This document shows, piece by piece, positions 28,858 through 38,162 of a stretch of 64,000 nt of DNA. Numbering within the stretch: position 1 is the first letter of the stretch; the number at the start of each line of letters is the position of its first letter. The position numbers and the translations under genes are program-made. Source of the stretch: a virus (taxonomy: Duplodnaviria > Caudoviricetes); the IMG/VR virus record IMGVR_UViG_3300031998_000011, positions 32,001 to 96,000 of that record, one strand, 5' to 3'. The notes under the pieces are model-generated. The model was not told the DNA's origin. It was given only the letters and a program-made list of their open reading frames with translations, and searched no databases.

Positions 28858-30281
28858 TGGAACAAATCAGAATCACAGCAAAGGGCGTCTATACGTACAT
28901 GGACGGCGAGATGATTCGAGGCTGGGAAGAGTACAAATCAGCCAAGGATCTTATCGGGTTCGTGGACAAGTTCGACGACCCTGTGCAGCCACAGCTCGAC
29001 TGGGTGGGCGGCAAGATAAGCAAGGCAGTGATAGAACCCGTACTGGGCACCATCAAGCACTATCCGAAGATGGAAACGGGATACATCCTGTGCTACAACC
29101 GCTTCACGAAGGAGTGGATGGTGAAGTGTCCGGAACAGACAGGTTCCGGCGGCGCCGTGAAGTTCAAGTTTGACAGCAGTGAGCTGCCGAAAGGATTTCT
29201 CGCGGTCGGTACCATCCATACGCACCCAGGCATGCAGGCTTTCTGGTCCGGCACGGACTTGAGAGACCAGCAGTTGTGGTACGGCATACATGTCGTGTTC
29301 GGGCTCAAGGACGGAAAGGTGGACACGCACCTGATTACCATCTTCTCGCCCAGAGGCCAGTACAACAAGCAACACGACGACCTGTTCGAGCAGGACGTTG
29401 ACTTCAAGGCAGATTGTGAGCTTAATGCCGACTGGGTGAAGACCATCGACAAGCAGTTCGCAGAGAAGCCGAAGAAAAAGAAGCCGACCGTACTGTCTGT
29501 CAGGAACATGTTCCTCGACATACCGGAACCGGATTTCAAAGTTCCGCGCAGAACAGACATCAGGCTGCCTGAGTTCGGTCACTTCCTGGTCAAAACCTAC
29601 GGATATGACCCGGATTCGATCCATGACATCTACGACAACAATGATGTCATGGAGACCGAACAGGATGTCAAGGATGCCTTCTATCAGAGCCAGGATAACT
29701 ACTTTGATGAGACTCTGCTGGGCAAGCAGTGCGCTCAGTTCTGGCGTGACGGACAGGTGCCTGACGAGCTGATGCAGATTCCGATCACGAAGAACATCGC
29801 CAGTCTGGCAGTTGTACTGCTGCGGATGTTCCCGGCTGACTGGATCCGCACTGTTCACGGAGCAGAGAACCTGAAGGCTCACGAGAACATCGTCAACGTT
29901 CTGATGCAGTACCTTCCGCCGTCCACGGTGGCGGCTATGCTGGAGGACGGCATCGAAGGCATTGGCTACGACGACGAAGAGATGTCGAATCCGTTCTGCA
30001 TCGGAATGGCGTGGTACTACGCCATGAACGTTGTACGTCAGGCTGAGGCGGTACTCAAAGAGAGCAAGCTCGAAATCAGGCTCACACCGAATGACCTGGA
30101 CCGTGTGCTCAACAGTTGCGCGGCACATGGACCGACAGGTACGAAAGACATTCCGACACTTACATGGCAGGCTATGAGCGTGCTGACCTACGTGCTGCTG
30201 CATAGGGGACATCACACCAGCGACATCTGTCTGCTGTGGGAGATATACGAACGGATGCGCAACGAAAAGAGGATCTGGTAA
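28857..30281 (+). CDS. JAB/JAMM metallopeptidase with long C-terminal extension
   Basis: E73...H121-T-H123-x7-S131-x2-D134 (GTIHTHPGMQAFWSGTD). Confidence 0.88.
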   Translation: MEQIRITAKGVYTYMDGEMIRGWEEYKSAKDLIGFVDKFDDPVQPQLDWVGGKISKAVIEPVLGTIKHYPKMETGYILCYNRFTKEWMVKCPEQTGSGGAVKFKFDSSELPKGFLAVGTIHTHPGMQAFWSGTDLRDQQLWYGIHVVFGLKDGKVDTHLITIFSPRGQYNKQHDDLFEQDVDFKADCELNADWVKTIDKQFAEKPKKKKPTVLSVRNMFLDIPEPDFKVPRRTDIRLPEFGHFLVKTYGYDPDSIHDIYDNNDVMETEQDVKDAFYQSQDNYFDETLLGKQCAQFWRDGQVPDELMQIPITKNIASLAVVLLRMFPADWIRTVHGAENLKAHENIVNVLMQYLPPSTVAAMLEDGIEGIGYDDEEMSNPFCIGMAWYYAMNVVRQAEAVLKESKLEIRLTPNDLDRVLNSCAAHGPTGTKDIPTLTWQAMSVLTYVLLHRGHHTSDICLLWEIYERMRNEKRIW

Positions 30282-31208
30282 ATGCTGAACATCTACGTCA
30301 TCGGGTGCGGTGGCATCGGTGGGTATTTGCTGGATCTCTTGCCGGAGACGTTCGGGAGCCTGCTCCTGGACTCGATGGAGAAAGGACTCGCGGAGTCCGC
30401 TTTCACCAAGCACCTTGAATCGTTCGGAAGCGAGGTCGTTCCGCAGCTTGTGGACCGGCTTGTGCTTATCGACGGAGACGATTTCTCACCCAGGAATGCG
30501 CTGAGGCAGGGTTATGGCACAGGCAATAAGCTGCAGACCCGCATCGACGATTTCCTTGAGAAGATCGACAAGAAAGCCATACGGCGTACGTATCTGCGCC
30601 TGATGGATGTAATCGGTTACAATCAGTATCTCGCGCCCTGGAACATGCCGGCGATCATTCCGAAGAAGCCGCCGGAGAACATCAACAACCAGGGCGGGAT
30701 ATTCACAGATACGAATAGCACACAGAAGTCAATCGAAGGCCTCAGCTATCCTGGTGGCAGAGATGTGACTGTTGTGTTCGTTTGTGTGGACAATCATAAG
30801 ACTCGCTACGAGGTCAGTCGTTATGCCGAAGAGTTCGACAACATCGTCGTCATCAATGGCGGCAATGAGAAAACGACTGGCAACGTCACTATCTACGAAA
30901 GGCGGGACGGGGTCGCATTGGATCCCAATCTGCCGGACGTCTATACCGAGATTACACCTGATGCGGACTTGCGTCCGGATGAGACGGACCCTTGCACGCA
31001 CGTCTCTCCCAAGCACGATCAGGTGGCTGTCACGAATAATATCGTGGCTGCTCTCATGCTGAAGGTGTTCACCATCTGGTTCCGCACAGGGATGAACATC
31101 TACGGTCCGGGCAAGAACCAGCGCCGGAACGAAGTATTACTGGACCTGGATACATTAGAAATGTTCCCGGTCTATCACCCACCACGCAAACAACCGAAAG
31201 GCTCATAA
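30282..31208 (+). CDS. E1/ThiF-family adenylyltransferase
   Basis: VIGCGGIGG, LIDGD, RNALRQ, CVDNHKTR, NGGN, putative thioester Cys238 (DPCT). Confidence 0.9.
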   Translation: MLNIYVIGCGGIGGYLLDLLPETFGSLLLDSMEKGLAESAFTKHLESFGSEVVPQLVDRLVLIDGDDFSPRNALRQGYGTGNKLQTRIDDFLEKIDKKAIRRTYLRLMDVIGYNQYLAPWNMPAIIPKKPPENINNQGGIFTDTNSTQKSIEGLSYPGGRDVTVVFVCVDNHKTRYEVSRYAEEFDNIVVINGGNEKTTGNVTIYERRDGVALDPNLPDVYTEITPDADLRPDETDPCTHVSPKHDQVAVTNNIVAALMLKVFTIWFRTGMNIYGPGKNQRRNEVLLDLDTLEMFPVYHPPRKQPKGS

Positions 31209-31209
31209 C

Positions 31210-31614
31210 ATGAGTATCAACGTGAGTGCCCTGGTCTTCTCCTCCAGGGATCTTCAGAACATCAACGTCGATGACGGCATGACCGTCGGCGAGTTCCGCA
31301 ATTTCTGCTATGGCGCAGGCTACGATGTGGTCGGCGCACGCACCCGCTTTGTCCGCAACGGCAAGATCCATATCGGCCGCGTTGATCCTGTCAGACTGCA
31401 GGAAGACGACCAGGTCTGGTTCGAGACCGAGAACGTGGTCGGCGGCCGCAAGGTCGTCTACAACGGTCAGAAGACCGCCACGTGCGGATGCTGCTGCGGT
31501 ACCAAGCAGGCAACCAACGCAGAAAGCCTTGAGAAGGCGGCCATCCGTTCCATGATTGGCAGCCTCCAGGACGCCATCAATGACCTCAATGCACGTCTCA
31601 GCACCCTTCGCTGA
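31210..31614 (+). CDS. ubiquitin-like protein 1 (internal GG, C-terminal extension)
   Basis: Beta-grasp pattern (GMTVGEF, RNG, LQEDDQVWF) ending VVGG78-79, then CGCCC and a coiled coil. Confidence 0.7.
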   Translation: MSINVSALVFSSRDLQNINVDDGMTVGEFRNFCYGAGYDVVGARTRFVRNGKIHIGRVDPVRLQEDDQVWFETENVVGGRKVVYNGQKTATCGCCCGTKQATNAESLEKAAIRSMIGSLQDAINDLNARLSTLR

Positions 31615-31671
31615 ATCTGAAACACTCAATGACATAACAGCCGCTATAGTAAGGCGGCAGGAGAAATCTAT

Positions 31672-32373
31672 ATGAAGACTATCACCATCAACAGCAGCAA
31701 CGCCACCCGCGAGTTCGAAGCCAGCGACCTCGATACCGTCAACACCATCCTCGATCACGCCGAGACCCGGAAGTTCTTCGGCTTCGATGAATACAACAAG
31801 GACGAGGCCTATTCCGTTCTGGTCAGCCATGTCACGACCATCGAGAACGGCAAGGACAACTTCAACCTCGCCAACATGTCCGAGGGCTTCAAGAAGGCGA
31901 TCCTCAACGGCGTCCTCGAAGACGGCGCCGTCATCAACATCGACTACTTCAGCGCCGAGGACAACGACGGCAACCAGGTCGATCAGGACGATACCGCCGA
32001 TGACGATCACGATGACGTGTTCGATGACAACGGCGATGCCGGCTACGGTCAGAACGATGCTCAGGAAGCAGCTGCTCCGCAGGAAACCACTGCGGGTCCG
32101 GTCCGTCATGGCATCGTGAAGGTCATGACCAACGGCGGCATGGTCGGCACCAATGTCGAGATCATCGACGGCGTCACCACTGTCCAGGAAGCGATCTACA
32201 GCGATCTCGTGAAGGCTCGCTCCGGCATGGATGAAACCGCCATCAGCAACTGCATGGTGCTCCTCGACGGAGACACCATCAACGCCAACCATCTCGCGAC
32301 CCGCGTGCTTCACAGCGGCGACACTATCGACCTCACTCCGCGCTTCGCGGCCTCGAAGGGACTCGCTGACTGA
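31672..32373 (+). CDS. ubiquitin-like protein 2 (probable tandem Ubl domains, acidic linker)
   Basis: DTVNTIL..LEDGAVINI and TTVQEAI..LLDG..LHSGDTIDL. C-terminus SKG-LAD. Confidence 0.7.
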   Translation: MKTITINSSNATREFEASDLDTVNTILDHAETRKFFGFDEYNKDEAYSVLVSHVTTIENGKDNFNLANMSEGFKKAILNGVLEDGAVINIDYFSAEDNDGNQVDQDDTADDDHDDVFDDNGDAGYGQNDAQEAAAPQETTAGPVRHGIVKVMTNGGMVGTNVEIIDGVTTVQEAIYSDLVKARSGMDETAISNCMVLLDGDTINANHLATRVLHSGDTIDLTPRFAASKGLAD

Positions 32374-32879
32374 TGAATCCACGGCATTGGAAAATAGTCA
32401 TACCCGTTCGCCCAAAGGCTGTTCAGTCAGTCAAGAGCGGGCGTGGCCGTTTCCATGCCGACAGAAAAGTCATAGCCTGGAAGAACTCGATCAGACCTTT
32501 CATCGCAAAGAGCTGTAAGGGTTCTCCCAGTGCTTTGCCCATCCGTGTCATAGCCCTTCGCTACATCTTCCAGCTCCCGCAGTATGCACCCTTGCACATA
32601 CGCAAGTATGTCGAGCAGGGCGGCTACGTACCGTACCTGCAGAAGGTGGACCTGACGGACAACCTGTCCAAGGGAGTGATTGATGTCTGCAAGGGCTATG
32701 TCTTTGAAGATGACAGCCAGATCTGGCATGTCTGCGATACCATGAAGCTGTACGGAACCAGCGACCGTATAGAATTGGAGTTCGAAGAGACGCCGGATGT
32801 TGTGCTGTTACACGCAAAAGGAGAGACAGTCCATGACACTCCAGACCAAGTTCTTGGCGACGGAGGATTTACTTTTTGA
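32373..32879 (+). CDS. rusA: RusA-like Holliday junction resolvase
   Basis: KVDLTDNLSKGVID...EDDSQI. Confidence 0.85.
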   Translation: MNPRHWKIVIPVRPKAVQSVKSGRGRFHADRKVIAWKNSIRPFIAKSCKGSPSALPIRVIALRYIFQLPQYAPLHIRKYVEQGGYVPYLQKVDLTDNLSKGVIDVCKGYVFEDDSQIWHVCDTMKLYGTSDRIELEFEETPDVVLLHAKGETVHDTPDQVLGDGGFTF

Positions 32880-33189
32880 GCGCGATGCGCTGCACGGTCT
32901 TGTGGACACACTGTGGAAAGACTACGTCCTGAACAGGGGCGGTGTTTACAAGATCATGTCCGATGCCCTCGGCAAGCCCAATGTGCATATCAGCGATATG
33001 ACCACGGAGGAGATGGCGAAGGTAGTGGAAGTCGTGCAGCCGATGGTCGCCCGGCACCTGAAGCGTATCTGTCACTGTTGCAAGAACGGTTACAAGAGTA
33101 CGCTCGGCCTGTACCGTTGTGCGCTGACTGGCAACTTCTCCCTGACCTACAGAGAGGAATGCCATGCTCTTTCCGGCGACAACGTTTGA
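32833..33189 (+). CDS. DUF3268-like Zn-finger protein
   Basis: RDALHGLVDTLWK..RGGVYKIMS..HISDM plus C-terminal Cys. Confidence 0.55.
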   Translation: MTLQTKFLATEDLLFERDALHGLVDTLWKDYVLNRGGVYKIMSDALGKPNVHISDMTTEEMAKVVEVVQPMVARHLKRICHCCKNGYKSTLGLYRCALTGNFSLTYREECHALSGDNV

Positions 33190-33547
33190 TCCCGCCCGCT
33201 GCAGGGCAGACTTCTTCTTTTGCCTGTCCTTCAGTGAGATACCGCAACGAGAGCTCAAGGCTATCGTTCGGCTTGTCCAATTTTCAACTCCAAGTTCAAT
33301 TTCTGTCAAGCAGTTTCGCAAGACAGTACGAATACGGGTTGCAGTCAAGCAGATCGAGTGTGCGTTCCCCCTTACAGGGATGGCGACGTTCACAAGCTAC
33401 GAGCATAACATTATCTATCGTGCCGTGCGCAACGCCGAGAGCGCCGTGGATTCCATCTACGACTTCATAGTGCAGGCGCATCACATGATAGAAGCCATGA
33501 AAGGAGACTTCGAATGGCAGCAGAATCTGCCAGCCCGTCTGGTCTGA
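33164..33547 (+). CDS. hypothetical protein
   Basis: 127-aa ORF that fills the gap. Confidence 0.45.
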   Translation: MLFPATTFDPARCRADFFFCLSFSEIPQRELKAIVRLVQFSTPSSISVKQFRKTVRIRVAVKQIECAFPLTGMATFTSYEHNIIYRAVRNAESAVDSIYDFIVQAHHMIEAMKGDFEWQQNLPARLV

Positions 33548-34845
33548 CCAAGAAAGACCAAAGACTCGTGGAGTTGTTCCGGACAACCGTGAACTATCCC
33601 GACATCAAGAAGGCGGCGCATTATCTGCACCAGGGCAAAGTCTACGACCTGTGCGGCTGGATGTTCCTTGTCCGGCCGCCCTCGCCATCAGAAGAACACG
33701 TCATGAAGCCGGATACGCTATATCCGTACACGGGAAGCACTAACAAACTGGCAATCAGTGAGATACGTGAGTTTCACAAGCTCGATCCAGCCGTATCTCT
33801 CAGCCAGGATCCCGTGGTCATAAATGGACTGTGGCCGGCTATCCAGGACAACGAGTTTATGGTCTGTAAAGAAAAGACTATGGGGGCATGTCCCAATGCG
33901 CTCCTGCTCCTGGAAAATGACAACGAAGGTAAGACACGGAAGATCAGCCGTCTCGCGGCGCTTGACAGCAGTTCGTCCCTGCTGGCCCTTCCTCTGCGTA
34001 CGTACACCTTCCGTACCAAGTATGACCTTCCGGCATGGCTTGACGAATACAAGTTGAGCCTGCGTGTGTTCTTCCCGAACTGCTGCCCTGTGCTTGTGGC
34101 GCTCGGTGACGCGACCGTACTGGTCTGCGTGCTGGGCATCACAGCCAATCCTCTCTATCCGCCAATCGGGTACAACGGACACTTCTACCAGCTCGACGGC
34201 TGGAAAGAGGATGCCCGTGCTTTCAGCCGTGCCCGCAAACTCAAACCAAAGGAACTGAAAATGAACCTTCCGAAACCGTTCACCAAGCCCGCTGCTCCGC
34301 CTGAATCTGCAACAGTCGAAGCGCCCGCTGAACCCCTGCCCTCCAATACTGCTGATGTGCATGTCGAGGATGTGCAGGCTGAAAATGTCACCAACGTCCC
34401 CGAAGCGCCTGTCAAGAAGCCGACTCTGAAGCGCTCTGCTCCGAAAGTCACGGTGCCGGCGCCAGCTCCTGTGCAGGAACCCGAAGAAGCTGAGGAACCT
34501 GCCGGAGAGCCTATGGGCGAGACCGACAACAACGGCTACACTGCGCCGGCCGCTTCCCAGATCAATACGGAGCCCGGTCTGGATGCTCCGGCCGAGAAGA
34601 AGCGCACCCGCAAGGCTGCGCCGGTCGTTCCGGTCGGGTTCGACTTCGCACCAGTCATCGAGTACACCGGCAGCGCTCTGCCAGAGGATCTCACGGCCGA
34701 CCAGATCGAAGCTGAAGCACGCTCCCTGCGCGACCTCGGCATCAACATCCAGCGTCGTCAGGCGAATCTGCTGTTTGCCATGCGCAAGTGCGGCAGTGCA
34801 AGTGACGCCAAGCTCAAGGCTCTGGCTGAGCTGCTCGGAAAATGA
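33514..34845 (+). CDS. hypothetical protein with Pro/Ala/Glu-rich linker
   Basis: SD AAAGGAG, 443 aa. Confidence 0.75.
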   Translation: MAAESASPSGLTKKDQRLVELFRTTVNYPDIKKAAHYLHQGKVYDLCGWMFLVRPPSPSEEHVMKPDTLYPYTGSTNKLAISEIREFHKLDPAVSLSQDPVVINGLWPAIQDNEFMVCKEKTMGACPNALLLLENDNEGKTRKISRLAALDSSSSLLALPLRTYTFRTKYDLPAWLDEYKLSLRVFFPNCCPVLVALGDATVLVCVLGITANPLYPPIGYNGHFYQLDGWKEDARAFSRARKLKPKELKMNLPKPFTKPAAPPESATVEAPAEPLPSNTADVHVEDVQAENVTNVPEAPVKKPTLKRSAPKVTVPAPAPVQEPEEAEEPAGEPMGETDNNGYTAPAASQINTEPGLDAPAEKKRTRKAAPVVPVGFDFAPVIEYTGSALPEDLTADQIEAEARSLRDLGINIQRRQANLLFAMRKCGSASDAKLKALAELLGK

Positions 34846-36374
34846 GCCGCGCAACCAGAAGGCTTCACGCCCTGGTTGACGACATCCTGGATCAGTGTAC
34901 CTGTCAGCAGGCAATCATCGAAGCATACAACAACCCGGAGTTCAACGCGCTGGCCGCAGAGCGTGATGCTCAAAGCTGGAGCAACAAACTGCACGGTGAG
35001 TTGAATTTCTTCGGTGAGCCTGGTGACAGGAACCTTCTGTGTATTGATGGCAGAATACATGGGCACTGCGAGTGTTTGCGTGACTGCCTGATCGGAGACG
35101 GCATAGACCTGCAGGTCGGTGAGAACTGCGTCATTATCGGATGCACGTTCACGCGGGCTTTCAGGATCAGCCTCACGGAAGAAAATAACAAGGAGCTCAA
35201 TGCCAGACACAGGGTCATCATCGGAGACAACTCGGTCATCATCGGCTGCGCGTTCCGTGACTCCGTGACTGTCGGCAGGGATTCCAAGATTCTGATGTCG
35301 GCACTGACACAGGTGAACATCGGCAAGCGTGCCAGAATCGTGTGGTCGTCTGTGCTGATGAAGTTCGGGCACATCGGTGACGACCTGACCATGATGCACT
35401 CTGTGCTGTCAACGGACCCGGCCGTCATCGGGGACCGCGCATTGTTCGGTGACGGTCTGCTGTCGATACTCGATTACAGGATGGTGCTGGAGACATATAC
35501 GCTGGCAATCAGGAAATACATGAGAGCGCGTCTGTCTCTGTTCTGGATTTCAGCTAACATCACCAGCATCATGTACGAGAGTATCGAGAGCTGTGACCGT
35601 AAGATCAGGGAAGCTACGGAACGTGGCGAAGAATGGCGCAAACCGCAGAAGCGTGTACAGGCATGTCATGGGGAAGACCAGGTTCAAAAGCTCGGCATCA
35701 TGAGCAAGGTGCCGTTCAACAACCCGCTGTCCTACAACTGGGAAAACAAGTTCTACCCGTTGCTGTTCCAGGTCGCGGACAACATCCGTGACAAGAACGC
35801 AGAGGGTGAGGAATACTTCCGTGCCATGAACTGTACTGCCGAGGACTTCTACACAGGGCAGAAGAAGCGCATCAGAATCGGAAACGATTTCACTGTGCTG
35901 ACATCACAGGCGTTCCGCATGGGATCCATTGGAAACTCCAGCAGGAATCATCCTTATGCCACAGCACGTGCACCGGGCGGAATGAGCAAGCTGTCCTGGG
36001 AAATGAACATCAGGCAGGACTACGATTTCCAAGCAGGAAACAACGTGACCATCACGGCGTTCGGCACCTGGATGGAGAACGGATTCCCTGACTGCAACGA
36101 CAACGTCGGCAGACTGGTTTTGCAGGATGGAGCCACGCTGTACATCGACAGGCCCAGCATCTTCCGGTACAACAAGATACAGGACAACAACCCGCTGCTC
36201 CGTGTCCGTGTGACCAACAACGGGTCCAACCACAGCTGGCCGGTCACGTGTGCCATCACAGTCAGCAGGAAGGCCAGACTCTATGTCAAGGGCTTCGCAT
36301 CGGTACTGGCAGGCAACGATGATTCTTCATTCTCGACGCTTACAGTAGAACCAGGACAAACAGCAGTCATTTAA
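34842..36374 (+). CDS. left-handed beta-helix (hexapeptide-repeat) protein
   Basis: VGENCVI, IGDNSVI, VGRDSKI, IGKRARI, IGDDLTM, IGDRALF. Confidence 0.65.
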   Translation: MSRATRRLHALVDDILDQCTCQQAIIEAYNNPEFNALAAERDAQSWSNKLHGELNFFGEPGDRNLLCIDGRIHGHCECLRDCLIGDGIDLQVGENCVIIGCTFTRAFRISLTEENNKELNARHRVIIGDNSVIIGCAFRDSVTVGRDSKILMSALTQVNIGKRARIVWSSVLMKFGHIGDDLTMMHSVLSTDPAVIGDRALFGDGLLSILDYRMVLETYTLAIRKYMRARLSLFWISANITSIMYESIESCDRKIREATERGEEWRKPQKRVQACHGEDQVQKLGIMSKVPFNNPLSYNWENKFYPLLFQVADNIRDKNAEGEEYFRAMNCTAEDFYTGQKKRIRIGNDFTVLTSQAFRMGSIGNSSRNHPYATARAPGGMSKLSWEMNIRQDYDFQAGNNVTITAFGTWMENGFPDCNDNVGRLVLQDGATLYIDRPSIFRYNKIQDNNPLLRVRVTNNGSNHSWPVTCAITVSRKARLYVKGFASVLAGNDDSSFSTLTVEPGQTAVI

Positions 36375-36385
36375 GGAGACCAGTC

Positions 36386-36943
36386 ATGGCTTTAACCAAA
36401 GAAGCAAGAGACCTCCTGGGTGCACGGTATAAGGAAGACTCGAATACGCAAGGAAAGACCACAGCCACAGGGATGATAAAGAACTCCCAGGGCGTGCTGG
36501 TCATTCCTCCTTCGATGGTCAGTCCGAAGACCAAGCACGGCGCACTGGTGGTGGACAACGACGGTCTGCCTATCGCCAGAGAAACAGCGCCTGCTCCCCA
36601 ACCGGAACCCCAGGAAGAACAAGTTCCTGTCAAGAAGGGCAGGAAGCGCAAACAAGCAACGGCAGAAACGCCGTCCAAACCGCAGCTCGTAAGAGTTGAT
36701 ATCACAATGAACGGGCTCGGAAAGATCCCGGCGCAGTACACTCGCTGCTGCATCGGCAATGACCACGCGCTGCTGGGTCTGGCCGACGTGTCGTTCATTC
36801 CAGAGCAGGCGCTCAGTGACGGTCAGGGTAACTATAGGAACGTGTTGCAGTTAAGCACGGATCCTGGAGTTAACTACATCTTCACCGGAAGCACCAATAA
36901 CATAGACGGAGTCCGCCACATACTCCTGTGGAAGATTTCGTGA
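36386..36943 (+). CDS. hypothetical protein
   Basis: SD TAAGGAG. Confidence 0.7.
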   Translation: MALTKEARDLLGARYKEDSNTQGKTTATGMIKNSQGVLVIPPSMVSPKTKHGALVVDNDGLPIARETAPAPQPEPQEEQVPVKKGRKRKQATAETPSKPQLVRVDITMNGLGKIPAQYTRCCIGNDHALLGLADVSFIPEQALSDGQGNYRNVLQLSTDPGVNYIFTGSTNNIDGVRHILLWKIS

Positions 36944-36957
36944 GGAGAACTGACACC

Positions 36958-37119
36958 ATGATGGAGAAATCATCTGCAGAAAACAAAGTCTGCACCAAAT
37001 GCAACCGAGACGCACTTCCTGGAACGAATCCGCCGGTCTGTTCCGAGCATCTGCTTGACAAGACCGCATCGGAGGACGACCAGCCGGCCACACTGAAGGA
37101 ACTGGATGCCCAGGACTGA
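36958..37119 (+). CDS. small Zn-finger protein
   Basis: SD GAGGAG. CTKC...CSEH. Confidence 0.55.
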   Translation: MMEKSSAENKVCTKCNRDALPGTNPPVCSEHLLDKTASEDDQPATLKELDAQD

Positions 37120-37122
37120 CAA

Positions 37123-37227
37123 ATGGGTATTCTTGAGTTCTTCTTCGGGTATTACGCAGGCATGGTGTTTGCCTTCCCAGTAATGCTCGTAGTCAGTCTG
37201 TTCGTCTATACGTGGGGTAGGAAGTGA
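37123..37227 (+). CDS. 34-aa membrane peptide
   Basis: MGILEFFFGYYAGMVFAFPVMLVVSLFVYTWGRK. Fills the gap and is below the ORF-track cutoff. Confidence 0.45.
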   Translation: MGILEFFFGYYAGMVFAFPVMLVVSLFVYTWGRK

Positions 37228-37247
37228 TTCAAAACCAAGGAGATTTC

Positions 37248-38162
37248 ATGGTACGAATCGTCCCACAAACAGCAGTACGAATGCACTTCGCCAACCCGCT
37301 TGAGGCCGCTGAGTATGCAGCGAGAATCTGCTACAGAAGCGACACGCACGACCGAGGGCCGGAAGCCCGAAAGAAGTTTCTCATGGGACTGGCGAACAGA
37401 AAGCACAGCACGCCGTTCGAGCATGCGTGGCTTTGTCTGAACAAGCAGGACATCACAGAGGACGAATGGAACGAGATCGACATGATGGTGCTTGAGGAAC
37501 CCGACAACAAGGGACCTCATGTGTTCCCTGTCGATCAGTTCACTTACGATGACGGGACAAAAACCCTGTCATGCAACATGCGTTCTCTGATCAACCTGTG
37601 CGGTATCGACCGTACATTCCAGCTCATGGACAAAGCCTGGACACGCTCAACAGGCGTTCACACGTTCGAGATTATCACGTCGAGAGCCATCGGAAATCAG
37701 CTCATCAGACACCGCGCCTTGTCGTTTGTGCAGGCGTGGCAGCTTCCTGAGCCTTCTATCAATCAGGAGAGTCTACGCTGGGTCAGAATGGACGACCCTG
37801 TAGTCTGCCTGTCGGAAGGCTATCAGAAAGAGCTGAACCAGGATCCCGGCGCGATGCACATCTGGCGCGCCAGCTGCCAGAGATCGTTTGAGGCATACAG
37901 TGAACTCGTAAGCAAGGGCTACAAGAAGGAGCTCGCTAGAACGGTCCTGCCGCTGGCGACAGCTACCCGCATCCTAATGACGGCTCCGATCAATGTCTGG
38001 TATGAGTTCTTGAAGCTCAGACTGGAGAAGGGTGCGGAGCCCATGATGCAGGAGCTCGCAGAGAGCATCTACAAAGAACTGAAGACGGAGTTTCGCATCA
38101 AGCACTTTGATGTGAACTGTTCGCCGTTCACCGACCACGATGAAACAAGTACCGATCAGTAA
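37248..38162 (+). CDS. thyX: flavin-dependent thymidylate synthase
   Basis: AARICY, HSTPFEH, QLIRHRALSF...QESLRW, ARTVLP, FLKLR. Confidence 0.92.
   Translation: MVRIVPQTAVRMHFANPLEAAEYAARICYRSDTHDRGPEARKKFLMGLANRKHSTPFEHAWLCLNKQDITEDEWNEIDMMVLEEPDNKGPHVFPVDQFTYDDGTKTLSCNMRSLINLCGIDRTFQLMDKAWTRSTGVHTFEIITSRAIGNQLIRHRALSFVQAWQLPEPSINQESLRWVRMDDPVVCLSEGYQKELNQDPGAMHIWRASCQRSFEAYSELVSKGYKKELARTVLPLATATRILMTAPINVWYEFLKLRLEKGAEPMMQELAESIYKELKTEFRIKHFDVNCSPFTDHDETSTDQ

Noticed and set aside
27654-32373. CBASS Cap2/Cap3 or thiamine/Moco biosynthesis
   Set aside because: There is no CD-NTase, ThiG or MoaE. E1 and E2 are separate genes with dedicated Ubls, and the patatin is 17 kb away.
16858-34914. 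Long minus-strand ORFs (e.g. 16858-18330, 20153-21205, 27249-28667, 28938-30413, 31069-32382, 33718-34914)
   Set aside because: These are shadows of codon-biased + strand genes, with no SD or protein motifs.
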